Below, piece after piece: positions 52,575 to 64,000 of a stretch of 64,000 nucleotides of DNA. The notes below the pieces were generated by a model. The model was not told where the DNA came from. It saw only the letters and a program-made list of their open reading frames with translations, and did no database searches. The first letter of the stretch is position 1; each line of letters opens with the position of its first letter. Position numbers and translations under genes: made by a program. This DNA is from Lama glama. Its lineage: Eukaryota. The stretch covers positions 22,694,001-22,758,000 of the forward strand of contig CM052832.1 of the NCBI GenBank assembly GCA_028534125.1. Direction: 5' to 3'.

Positions 52575-53640
52575 GTTGGTATCAGGAGTGTTCTGAGGAA
52601 GCAAGAATCTAAAATGGGACTTTGAAGTTGGATTGTGTGTGGGTTGGCTGGTAGTGAAGACCCTGTCAGGGGTGGTAGGTGAGGTGCTGGCAGTCCCTAG
52701 CATGTGGAGCCGTGCAGTTGTTAGCATTTTGCTGATGGTAAACTGGGGTGGGATACTGATGGAAGGGAGTGCAATGGCAGGTGCACTATGTCAGGCATCT
52801 GAGAGCACGGAGCAGCAGTAGTGTTACACAGACAAAGGAATCAGAAGGCTGCTGCTAAGCGGAAATTTTTGCACTGGAGAGAGACAATGGAAGCTTGAGC
52901 GTGATTGATCACCAATTAAAGGCGAAGTGTGAAAGTTGGAGGGTCTCTGTGGCAGTGCATAAAGAGACTCTTATCTCCTCTAGCCAGAGGGCAGAACAGG
53001 CCAAAGATCAGTCCCAAGACTGAATTATAAGGATAACAAAGCTCCAGAAGAGGTTAACTTCTCAACTCTGGAAAATCTGCTTTCCCAAGGTCAGGGCCCG
53101 TGTTGAGAAAGAGTAAACCCTGAAGTATATAAATCAGTGCACCAAAAATATGAAAATCCCAGATACTTACAAAATCTTGGGGCTTGCAGAAGTGGCCCAC
53201 TGCTCTCTGTTAAACACCAACCCTCCTTGCTATCTTGAAGACAGCGAGGATGCTTCTGCCTTGCAGGACAGCATGCCATCACGTTAGAATCTTTTCCTCC
53301 TCTATTTTCCTGGCCACTGGACCAGAAATTAGGGCCAGGCCTTTATGTATCATGCTGGGAAGCGCTGGGCTTGGTGAGGAAGGAAAGAACTATACTCTGA
53401 AAGAGTCGTAGGACCTAGTCCACATATTCGAGCAAGAGCGAGGGGAGTGCCATGGAACTGAATCCTGAGGGTTCTAGACCACAGAGTTAGAACATAAAAT
53501 CAGCTCAGGGAGAGTTGATTAATATGGGAGCACTCTTCTGTGACACAGGAGTTAACAACCTTGCAAAGCCCCAAGAAATGCTGCTGGGGTGGCTTGGAGA
53601 GCTTGGAGGTAGCAATGGCCAGCACTTAGAGGTGGGGACT
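52575..53640 (+). mobile_element. ERVL-class internal remnant (ERV3-16A3-like): PBS plus degenerate gag
   Basis: PBS-like tggtatcaggagtg at 52577-52590; 52961-53116 translates KETLISSSQRAEQAKDQSQD*IIRITKLQKRLTSQLWKICFPKVRARVEKE*; ORF 53515 contains INMGALFCDTGVNNLAK...LLGWL. Both peptides resemble ERVL Gag. Confidence 0.8.
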
Positions 53641-55239
53641 TGCAGAGCCACCTTAGGCATGACGTTAGGGGAGGGTGGGACGGTGGAGAGGGAAGGTAGG
53701 GCAGCATCAGGGAGATGTGGAGGTGGACGACTCGCTGCAGCAGTGGGAGCTACGGTTCACCTCACCCTCTTCCTCCCTGGAGTTTCCCTACAAGACCGTC
53801 CAGAGCTCTGAAAGCGCTGCTCCCGGATGGGATGAACCTAGTACACAGAGCAGACTGATCTGCGTGGCACAGGCGGTGGCTTGTCGTGGGTGCGCTGTGG
53901 TGAGCAGTGAGACTTTCCAAGGTGACGTTGAGACTTCGGAACCTCTGGACATATTCACAGTAGCCCCTTGAGAGGCCAGAGGGCCCGGAAGCATTCCTAG
54001 TCTCTTTCACTGTCCCTTCTGCTGCAGCATTTCTATCATTAACAACTTTGTTTTCTATCATTTTTCATGCTGGAATAGAGAGAAAACAAAACTTAAGGTC
54101 AGACACCCCGATTCTAGCCTGAATTCTCCTATTATCCAGTTGTGGGGTTCTCCAGCTTGACATCTGGAAAATAGAGTGTCTTCTAACACTAGCTCTTTTG
54201 GAATCTGTTAAAAGCTATGGACCCACTCTCTCTTCAGGAAAATGTGTAGACACCATTTTATGTGCATTTATCTTCCCTAAAGTTACCTTGTACATGATAA
54301 TATCTAGGGTGACCTCTAGTTCTGATGGCTGTAAAACTAAAGTCCTGGTTAATTCCATCTCCAGCTTATACCTGTCCCCAGCCTGCCGTCAGGTGGACTA
54401 GTGCTGATTGTTAATGGGGGCAAGAATATTTATGAAATGAATACCTGCTGAAGACCAAGAATTGAAAAGAGGTGTAATACTAGAGTATAATACTGTGTGA
54501 GATAAGACTGGATCCATAAAGACATTTTAAGTGATACGGAGTGAGGGATTTATTTATTCCTCGGATTATCCCTTAATCAGTTGTAGGTGCTGGTGAAGAC
54601 GTCTTTGAAAGGCTGTTGCCTCTGAATCTGGGGCTGAAGATGAGGAGATGCACAACCAAAGCCAGCGATTGGGAAGAAAACTTGGATGTGGAGTGGGGGA
54701 GAGTGAAGACAAACTGGAACTTGTAAACAGCAAGCTGAAAGCCATGAAATCAGTTACCTGCACGCCCTGCAGAAGGGGGGTCCTTTGCCTTGGAGCTGCT
54801 GACGTGCCTGGCCCCAGCCTTGGAGACTCACAGGGGAGAGTCTGGCAGGACCTGGAGGAGCTGTGGGCTCAGCTGCTCTCCCACCACAACGTGAGCCAGC
54901 ATCAGTGGCGATGCCTGTGAGCTGCCACCGTCAGCGGCGCCCTTCACCAGCCTTCAGAGATCAGTGGTTGCTGATAAATTTCTGCCTCTGAATCTCACAC
55001 TCTATTCCCTGATGGCCACTCATAAATGAAAACAATACAGGGGATCTTGGAACTGTAGTTTCAGCTAAGCTTGTGTGACAAAGGGCAGATCTCCCCCAGA
55101 TGTGAATAACACAGGGTCCTTCCCTCAAGTCTGGAGGGATGAAAGGAGAAAACACCAAAAACAAATAAATGTCTCAAAAGGTAAAATACAGATTTCCTTT
55201 TCTGGAGTAGATGGGGCGTAGAATGAGTGGCCAAGTTCC

Positions 55240-55480
55240 CTGGAGAGAAGTGGGGCTTTCACGGAGGAGAAAACCCCCAGGTGCATCACAGGCAGGGGAA
55301 AAGGCAAGAGACATGAAACCAAGGGCTGAACCATGCTGCTTTCAAAGAACCGGAAACTGCTGGTGGGGCTAAGCCTGGGGCTGAAGATGAGGAGATGCAC
55401 AACTGGAGAAAACAAGAAACGACGGGATCATGGAGGGTGTCATAGTCCGTGCTGAGAAGTGTGGACTTGATTCTGCTTCG
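55240..55480 (-). mobile_element. L2 remnant
   Basis: Purine-rich caggcaggggaaaaggcaag...gtgtggacttgattctg. Confidence 0.5.
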
Positions 55481-55499
55481 TGGTTGTTGATGTGAATTT

Positions 55500-55870
55500 T
55501 ATATTGTGATGTTTTAAACTATTTTAATAACTAAGCAAAGAAGAAAACCCTTTCAGATATACTAGAGGAACACACTAGAGGTGACCAGCACAATTAACTT
55601 GGCTGCCACGTTCGTATCTTTTCAAAATAAAGCTTGTCCTGTTGCTTCCATTTAATTGAAAAAATATCACGAGATTGCAAAAGTAGCTATTAAAAACCTG
55701 TTCTTAATTTCAAGTATTTATCCGTGTGAATTAGGGTTTATTTCATTTTTAATTTCTCTAAATTCTAAACCAAACCCAGAAATAAAATTGGACATCAAGG
55801 CTGACCTAAGAGTAAAATTTCATTCCCAAACCTGATTTGAAATTTTGGTAATAATCTTGATAATCTCAGT
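55500..55870 (+). mobile_element. hAT-Charlie transposase fossil (C-terminal dimerisation region)
   Basis: 55656-55835 translates LKKYHEIAKVAIKNLFLISSIYPCELGFISFLISLNSKPNPEIKLDIKADLRVKFHSQT*, resembling the Charlie/Buster Y..LA..A...L..F.STYLCE.GFS...LD...LRV pattern. Confidence 0.75.
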
Positions 55871-57619
55871 GTTCTCATTGATTGACCTTGTAATCAACTA
55901 GTTGTGATTCATAAAATAAATTACTGCACTACAGTACCAGTTGGTTTCAAAGACCTCATACCTTGAAGTGCTACTTTATTTTCAAACAGTATCCCACCTG
56001 CACAAAATAGGAATTAAAAATTGAGAATGTAGGTAGTGGTGAGTCAGTAAAGGATTTTGAGAGCAACATGATGATTTTTTTTTAATTTGAAAGAAAAAAT
56101 CATGCTGATGGTGAAGTTAGAAAAGAATTGGAGAGAGACCAGTCTGAAGTACAAGTTTTATAGTTCAGGGATGAGCTGGTCCTGTGACTTTAAAAGGTCT
56201 CAATGCAATTGGAGACGACAGACTAGAGGATGCCGGGGCAGTTACTGAGGAGGTAGGCTGTAGCACAGAGGGAGGACTCAGATGCAGAGAACGATGAAGG
56301 GAGGGACGTGGTGAGTTCGGTGGTTGGGTGGATATTGATGGCTGCTTCATCTGTAACTTTGTCTACAAGCCTAGCACAGTAGCTGTCACATAAAAAAGTG
56401 TCCAGGAAGTATTTTCAAAGTGTTACATTGCATGCCAAATAACAGTGTTTTGGTTGGCTCATGATATTTTGAGAAGTCCCATCCAAAGACTTTTTATGAT
56501 CCTACAGAGTGTCCTTTTTTCTCTTAAGGCATTTGGTCAAAAATAAGAACCCAGCTCTAATGCCTGCAGTTCTTTTTTTTTCCCGTGGTGGCTTCTTCTA
56601 AAGCAAAGAATGCTTTCTACTAAGAAACCTCACTTTTAAGAAATACTTTTTGCATTATTATAATTTGGATGGCATCTAAATGGAAAACCGAACCCCAAAT
56701 CTAATGGGTAGTATTTCTAGTACTGTATTTGGAAGGCAATAGAAATGCTTTAACCAGAACTCCAAACGAACTTCCTTGTGCTCTTTTATGTATTGGAAAT
56801 ATTTAGGGGAAAAGTAATTCTTTTTTTAAAGCAATTACTGATTTAGAGGAAGTTGTAAAGAAGTGTACAGGGAGTTTCTGTGCACTCTACAAGGGGAGAT
56901 ATATTTTTAAAGTATCTAGGAATTGATTTCCTAGTGTTAAGGAATATATGTTTGTGTATATACGTGTGTGTGTGTGTATGGTGGGACTAAGGCACGGATA
57001 TGGGATATTAAGGCAGAAAATAGTAATATTGATATATTAATAACTCATTAGATTCTCCCAAGAGCAGCTGAGTGTTGCTATGTTTCTAAAGGTGTTCTAT
57101 TTGGACCAAAATCAATGACAAAATCCTCACAACTGTGTGGGACTTGAGATAGTAAACATGTATCTCTGGTATTTAATTAACTCTACAGAACATAAGGCAA
57201 GTAAAACCCGTTTTTAAAGGGGAAGCAGCAACCACAGCCATTAGAAAGCGTCATTTAAATGCTTGCGTGCACACACATGCATACACCCATGAATGCAAAA
57301 TTAGTAGCTGACTGGATTTTAAATCTGAAATATGCTCAACTTCGTATGTGCACTGCATTTCTCATTATCTTAGTCTTTTCACTGGCCCCAAATACCAAAT
57401 ATTATGGAAGAGATTCATATAGTCTTTGGCAAAATTCCTTTGAAACATAAGACTAATTCTGACATCTAATTTTTTGCACCCAAATCTTCTCCTAAGCCCC
57501 AATGGTTCTTTTGTCACTGTATTTTAACCCTCATGGTGTTTCTCAGTCCTTGCTCTTCTTACCCCACCATTAATGAAAGTGACCACATTGCCCAGAAAAT
57601 GGGAAGTAGTCATATTCTG

Positions 57620-58060
57620 TGCATTTTCCAGGCCAGTGTTACAGTTTTACGTTATGTTTACGTAGTACTTTACAGGCTCAGATGCTTTTCGCATACATTA
57701 TCTTCTCCCATTGGTCAACAGCCCTGTGGAGCAAGTATTATTTCCCTACTTAACTAAATAGGAAGTTGAGGATTGGAAATAACTTATAAAGATGCAATGC
57801 ACAGCACAGGGAATATAATAAATTTTTAAAATAAGTTTGTTTGGAGAGAAATCTACCAAAATATTGAATTATTATGCTGTACACTTGAAACTAATATAAC
57901 GTTATAAGTCAACTATACTTCAGTTGGAAAAAAGGAAGTTGAGGGTTGGAGTGATGGAGATTTCTCCTAAATCAAAGAACTAATTAGTAGCAAGGTCAGA
58001 ATTGAGATCCCTGGATTTCTGCTTTTGAGCCCAGTGATCTTTCTTCTCCTCCACTGCTAT
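57620..58060 (-). mobile_element. MIR split by an L1 tail
   Basis: caacagccctgtg...tattatttccc on the left; ctaattagtagcaag...gagcccagtgatcttt on the right. Confidence 0.7.
57778..57932 (+). mobile_element. Short L1 3' tail with TSD
   Basis: TSD aggaagttgaggattgga (57760-57777) / aggaagttgagggttgga (57933-57950); body tatgctgtacacttgaaactaatataac...caactatacttca. Confidence 0.9.
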
Positions 58061-58764
58061 CCCATTTGTAGCCATTTGTAATCTCAGATTTTCGTGCTTT
58101 TTCAGACTCCCTTCAGTGAATATTTCAACAAAATGGCTTGATGCCGTGAATTCCATATTCTGGGCACCTCAGCATATCTGAGTATCTCCAGGACTGATTA
58201 GGGCCTTCCCTTTTGGCTCTAGCTCCTTTTTTGTTTTGTTTTATTTTTGTTTTCTCTGCCTTTTGAATCTCTGCTCTGCATTATGTGTCTTCCACTCAAG
58301 TCCTGTTTCTGAAGGTATTGACACCTGGGGACTGAGCTCTCCCCAGTGGAAGGTGGGTGGAGTTGACAGGGGCCTCTTCCAGGAGTGACCTAGAGATACT
58401 CACATGTGTGCTCCTCTGGGCCTTTTCCTTCTTCCCAAGGGTAGGAATGGCCACGGCAGGAAATATATTGTAAGCCACATCTTGGGGATAGAAGAGAAGA
58501 CCTTAGCCTGAGTTCCTGATCCAAGTGGAGGAGAGCCATGCCCTGACCTGAGATCATCACGTGAGTGAGATACGCATTTCTGTATTTCTTAAATCACTGA
58601 ATTACATTGTCACATCCTAATGAATTTAACGTTCCTAACTGAGTGTACCTGTTAAAGTAGCTTCCCTGCCAAAGGTGAAGTTCTCTTCCTAAAAGGAATT
58701 CTGTCTTTACGCTGGCCCAGCCAGCTTTTTCAATAGGATGTTGTGGTCCCGTAACACTTTGTAG

Positions 58765-59010
58765 GATGGTGTAGAATGCTGGGAAAAGTATAAGCCCTTG
58801 GGTCAGACAGACTTGGGTTCAAGTGTGAATTATGTACTTTTTAGCCATGTGACATTGAATAGGTAGGGCAATTTCCGAATCACAATTTCATTATGACAAA
58901 AATGGCATATCTGGGGAGAAATAAATATGAAATATGTGTAAAATGCCATATCACAGGTTTTCTGAATATTTGGTTCATGGTGTGCAACCGATAATATTAG
59001 TAATAGTTAT
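58765..59010 (+). mobile_element. MIR SINE
   Basis: gtcagacagacttgggttcaag...tagccatgtgacattg. Confidence 0.75.
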
Positions 59011-59479
59011 CGATGGAGTACGTGTTTTCAGTTTTAGTTAAAAAGTGTATACTGTGGATAATGCTCCGAGAGGAATGGACAGTTGATCCTCAGAGACCTC
59101 ACCTCTTAATGTGAGAAATATGGATGTTCTACTTACCCTACTTATTTTCTCCCAGATTATGGTCTCTCTTAAATTTGTTTTTACCACCCAATGCTCCTCT
59201 CTTACGTGTGTTTGCATAATGGCACGGTCTGTCCTTTACTGTTCCGGGAACTCGGGCTTCCAGCTGCGATGCCTTGTCTTCAGTGAGAATTCATAAGGTT
59301 TCATTAGTCTTACCTCTGACATACTATGTGATAAGTGATCATTTGAATTATTAGTGCCTTCCTTTTCCAACCTCCAAAAAGCTAGGTGAAAATTTTGGTG
59401 GACAAGAGAAATGACTCATGGAAAGATGTCACAGATGTAGAAGGTGCAGTGTTAACACAGTAAACCAGTTAAGGCTATA

Positions 59480-59810
59480 ATGCAGTTCCGTAGAAAAAAT
59501 TTTTTCCTTTCTTAAAACATGTTTAAAATGTGTATATTGTATTTTATAATAAATTCAAAAGCATTTTTAAAATGTTAGTATCAAAAATAACCATTAAATA
59601 TAGTTCATCTTAACACTTGTTGCTAATATTCTGGTTTAATTACTTTTATTCTCTTTTCAAACACACACATACACACACACACACAGTATTTTGTTTTGTC
59701 ATTGTTTCTGCTCTTTTCCAAATTTGAGTTCATACCGTTCAGTTTCGTATTTTTCTCTTTTTCACTGAATATCATGTAGTAAACATTTTTCCACCCAAGG
59801 AACATTTCTA
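59480..59810 (-). mobile_element. L1ME-like 3' remnant with CA microsatellite
   Basis: tttttcactgaatatcatgtagtaaacattttt; (CA)n at about 59662-59685. Confidence 0.5.
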
Positions 59811-61859
59811 GGGCCCAATTTACATTATGCCACAGTAGCCATTTACATTTGCAATGAGAGTCAGAGAAAGTTTTGAATTCCTAAGTTTTCTTTTGTGGCA
59901 GCCTTTCTGCAGCTGTTAAGAGAAATGCTGCTTTTGTCAAAAAATTCTCTTGGCTCTTATCACCTGGCTGTCACTTATTTCTCAGAGCTGGTGGTGCTGT
60001 TAGCCAGTGGGAATCCACGGGGGTATTCTCTGGGCTGGCAATAGAGAGTGCTCTACTGTCACTGTCAGCAAACTTACCTTTGACTTTCCCTTCAAACACT
60101 CATAAATAACACACGAAACTCTTGTGCCCATGCTTTGAACTACCTTTTACTTTTCTTTCAGGTACCATGATTAAAATGTCTTAATACCAAAAATACTATA
60201 ATATACTAAAGGTATGTTATCCAGGCAGGGCAGTAATGATGACTTTTCATAATCTGGTGGTTTGGGTGGTCTGCAGAGGGATGGGACGTGAATCATACCC
60301 TGGAAATACCTAAAACCACAGGTTACAGGTCTTGGAAGACTGAAGATTGAAGACATGTAAACATACATGTCTTACATAAGATGAGATAGTTATTGCATTG
60401 TAGCTAACAGGTGCAGGGTGAGGGTGGGGAAGGAAGGTTTGGGTTGTTGGTGGTGGGTTTTTTCCATCTTTTTAGCCTGCAGTTTATACCATCTCTCCCT
60501 TTCCCCATCAGACATGCCAAGAACACTTAGTAGATTCATAATGCTGAACTGGCAACTGAGTTCGAAGGCGGGGGTTGGGGGTGGGGGAGATGAAAACCAA
60601 GGGACCCCATTTCAAATTGCCTCTGCTATCTCATTAATCTCTTCCAGCAGATAATACATGCAGAACTCAGGCTACTGAGGTCTCCAAAGAGTATCATTTT
60701 TTGTGGGGTTATAACAAATTAAAGAAATAAATTAAGTCACCAGCCCAGCAGGGAAGCGCTTGAAATCCCGGGCTCCCTAGTCTTCACTGCTGTTCTGGAA
60801 TGATAATAACAAAGAGGCCTTTTCTTCAAATGCACATGTATGTATTTTAAATCTATATTGCATATAGATGTAAATCGTTAATGTAGCTTTCTATCTTGCT
60901 TTGTTTTTAGCCTTCATGTACTTCCAGAGGCCTTTCTGTGTCCCTAGCCCCCAGACCTGTACCTGCTGCTCACTAATTCTGAAGAGAGAAAAGCTGCTGT
61001 AGGGTGGGGTGGACGTAGAAATTTGGTGTTCTTTTATATAGAAACAGAGAGACACACAGTCCATCTTTTTTATTTATTTGCGGGTTTTTGTTGTTGTTGT
61101 TTATTTGTTTCCTTGTTTTATGACTTGCTTGGAATAATTCTGTGGAATATGTCTCACTGCAGAGTACAGCAACTGATGTGTCTGCTCCATTTTTGATTCT
61201 TTGTTGGTTTTTTTCTTGGTAATCATTGCTTTCACGGTTAAGGCCAGCCTTCTGGAGTCTCTGTGATAGAGTGTCCATTAGCGATTGGTCAGAAGTTGGG
61301 CTTAAATGCTTTTCGTCAGTAGGGCTGTCACCTTTCCCAGGGTAAAGCTGTGTGTGGGTCGGGCCACACGTAAACACAAGCCAGTTCTCTCTTCTCCAGC
61401 TGTTTCTTTCTGCTGAGCCTCCCTCCTGCCTCTCACACGTGCGTTTATACACTCGAAGAAGGACGTGTAGAGCACTGGGGTCCCTCTTTAATGTTTGTGG
61501 TTGAACGTACACATTTCAGGAAACTCATTCTTGCAGTCTTAGGGAGGGTGGGTTGGAAGAAGATGTCGGACTCGAGTTAATGGGACTACCTACGAGATTT
61601 ATTTTAGAGAGCAAAAAGAAACTCCCTGCAGGGCCCCAGAACCACAACCATGCATAACTCTAAGGGTCATAACCCGCAGGTTTGTCTGTAAAACCTGTAA
61701 GAGAACATGGGCCGTGTAAATGGGAACTCTCAGTCATTCAGTTGGCAGCGTGTGTGGTTATGTGTGGTGGCTTGAAAAAGACGTTTTGGAGGCAAACAGT
61801 GATGATGACGAAAAAGAGCATTTTTGTCAAGTCTCGATACAGAGATACAGTATAAAGAC

Positions 61860-62140
61860 CAAAGTGTATAAAGGATTTAAAATCAATTGTTCTAAAGCAA
61901 AGATTCCAGGGAGCTGGCCTAAAAATAGTTTTCATGTGTTTGAGACATTATTCAGTGGAAGAAAAAGACCATGTTTTTCCTTTTCCGAAGAGAGTAGAAA
62001 CACTCAAAGTGGCTGCAGCAGTCATGGTTACATTGAATTTAAGACGGTGTTTCCTGACTCTTCTCAAATAGTAAGTCCAGGTGCCTAGGTGAATCCCCTT
62101 TCCTAGAGATCTTTAAGAAAAATACAAATAGTTGGGTCTC
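61860..62140 (+). mobile_element. Possible L3/CR1 remnant
   Basis: gaatcccctttcctagagatctttaag resembles the L3 3' region; very degenerate. Confidence 0.35.
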
Positions 62141-62469
62141 TCTTCATCTGTTTCAAGTAAAACATAAAACAGACGAACGCAGTATTACATCATTGCCTTG
62201 ACGCCTAGGAAAGGGGTGAGTAGAGTGTCCAGTCATTCTTGTTTCTAGACATCTGTTATTTTTCATAAAAGGAAGGAAATGACTGGAGTGGGAGTGAGTA
62301 CTTCAACTACCTGTGACTGACTGACTAGCAACCTTACTTTGCTCACCTGTGAGATAAGAGAGTGAAGTGATAATTTCTCAATTCCTTTTTAGCTGCAAGT
62401 GTAAAATCTCCCATATAGCACAGGCACATCATTGTATGGGTTTATTTTTCTCTTAAAACATTACAGAGT

Positions 62470-62660
62470 TTCTCTTCCATTTATGGTGGGTTAGGAAATT
62501 ATGAGAGCAGCTAGAAAACCTGTACAGTATAAAATGTATTTTCCTGATACATTAGAAAGCCAACAAGATAGTGAGAAATTACAGAATCAAAACCAGGGAG
62601 AAGAATGAAAGCCAGAGGAGAGAGCCTTGCTTTTAGAGTTCCTTTTCTCCTAAAGCCATG
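62470..62660 (+). mobile_element. Old L1M 5'-end fragment
   Basis: gccaacaagatagtgagaaattac...aaagccagaggagagagcc resembles old L1M 5' UTR consensus. Confidence 0.5.
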
Positions 62661-62674
62661 TACATATTTCTCAA

Positions 62675-62900
62675 ATAGTCAGATTCGTAAAATCAAACAC
62701 TAGAATGGCGGTTACTGGGGTCGGGGGTGAGGGGAAGGGTGGAAATGGGGAGTTATTAATCAACAGGCATAAGGTTTCATTAAATAAGATGAATGAGCTT
62801 TAAAGATCTGTTGTACCTGTAGTCAACAGTGATATATTTCATGCTTAAAATTTGTTAAGAGAATAGATTTTGTGTTGTGTCTTGTCACAGTAAAATTAGA
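62675..62900 (+). mobile_element. L1MA-like 3'UTR end
   Basis: tagaatggcggttactgggg...aagatgaatgag...cttaaaatttgttaagagaatagat. Confidence 0.8.
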
Positions 62901-63016
62901 AAGTTAAAGTAAAAACTAAATATATACCAATAAATGTAAACAAATTGAATGATAGAGCTAAAAAAAGGGTAAATACGCAGCTAAATCTAAATTGGTATTG
63001 GTTATATGAGATAAAA

Positions 63017-64000
63017 TCAGTATTTTTGGATCCGTCTCCTAGAGTGATGGAAGTAAAAGCAAAAATAAACAAAGGGGATCTAATTAAACTTAAAAGCTTT
63101 TGCACAGAAAAGGAAACCATAAATAAAATGAAAAGACAACCTATGGAATGGGAGAGAATATTTGCAAATGATGTGATTGACAAGGGGATAATTTCCAAAA
63201 TATATAAACAGCTCATATAACTCAATACCAAAAACCAAACAACTCAATCAAAAAATGGGCAGAAGACTTAGAGATTTCATACAGATGGCCAACAAGCACA
63301 TGAAAAGATGCTCAACACTGTTAATTACTAGAGAAATGCAAATCAAAACTTCAATGAGGTATCACCTCACACGGGTCAGAATAGCCATCATCAAAAAGTG
63401 TCTAAATAACAAATGCTAGAGAGGGTGTGGAGAACAGGGAACGCTTCTACACTGTTGGTGGGAATGTACATTGGTGCAACCACTTTGGAGAACCGTATAG
63501 AGGTTTCTTAAACAACAAAAAATAGAGTTACTGTATAATCCAGCAATCCCACTCCTGGGCATATATCCGGAGGGAACTCTAATATGAAAAGATCCAGGTA
63601 CCCCAATGTTCATAACAGCACTATATACAATAGCCAAGACATAGAAGCAACCTAAATGTCCAACAGTAGATGACTAGACAAAGAAATTGTGGTACATATA
63701 TAATGGAATACTACTCAGCCATGAAAAAGAATGAAATAATGCCATTTGCAGCAACATGGATGGACCTAGAGATCATCGTACTAAGTGAAGTAAGTCAGAC
63801 AGAAAGACAGATATCACATGCTATCACTTACATGTGGAATCTAAAAAAAAATGATACAGATGAACTTACTTACAAACAGAAACAGACTCACAGACAGAAA
63901 ACAAACTTATGGTTACGAAAGGAAAAAGGAAGGGATGGAATAATTTAGGAGTTTGGGATTAACAGATACACACCACTATACATAAAATAGATAAACAAGG
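63017..64000 (+). mobile_element. L1 ORF2 C-terminus plus 3'UTR, running off the window
   Basis: ORF peptides KAKINKGDLIKLKSFCTEKETINKMKRQPMEWERIFAN and MEYYSAMKKNEIMPFAATWMDLEIIVLSEVSQ. Confidence 0.97.

Noticed and set aside
60973..61512. 179-aa minus-strand ORF
   Set aside because: No recognisable homology; spans low-complexity T-rich sequence; no supporting gene structure.

Overview
Mammalian genomic DNA, intronic or intergenic. It is probably camelid (inference): it carries camelid-type L1 3' tails and I see no Alu, B1/B2, Bov-A/Bov-tA, PRE1 or Can-SINE elements. I can recognise no protein-coding exon, RNA gene or CRISPR array. The ORF track reflects chance ORFs, L1 ORF2 remnants, an ERVL gag remnant and the N gap. 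The window is a mosaic of L1, L2, MIR, MaLR/ERVL/ERV1 LTRs and hAT DNA-transposon fossils, separated by unique AT-rich stretches that may hold enhancers. A gap of exactly 500 N lies at 33797-34296. I found no convincing novel biological system. The best leads are modest: a possible recursive-splice/poison exon at 60162-60211, an exact 29-bp dispersed duplication, a hairpin-containing tandem duplication, a CpG-rich perfect palindrome inside MER3, a hAT transposase fossil missed by the ORF track, and an ERVL LTR-PBS-gag remnant. Repeat family names come from recall of consensus sequences and boundaries are approximate unless TSDs are given.
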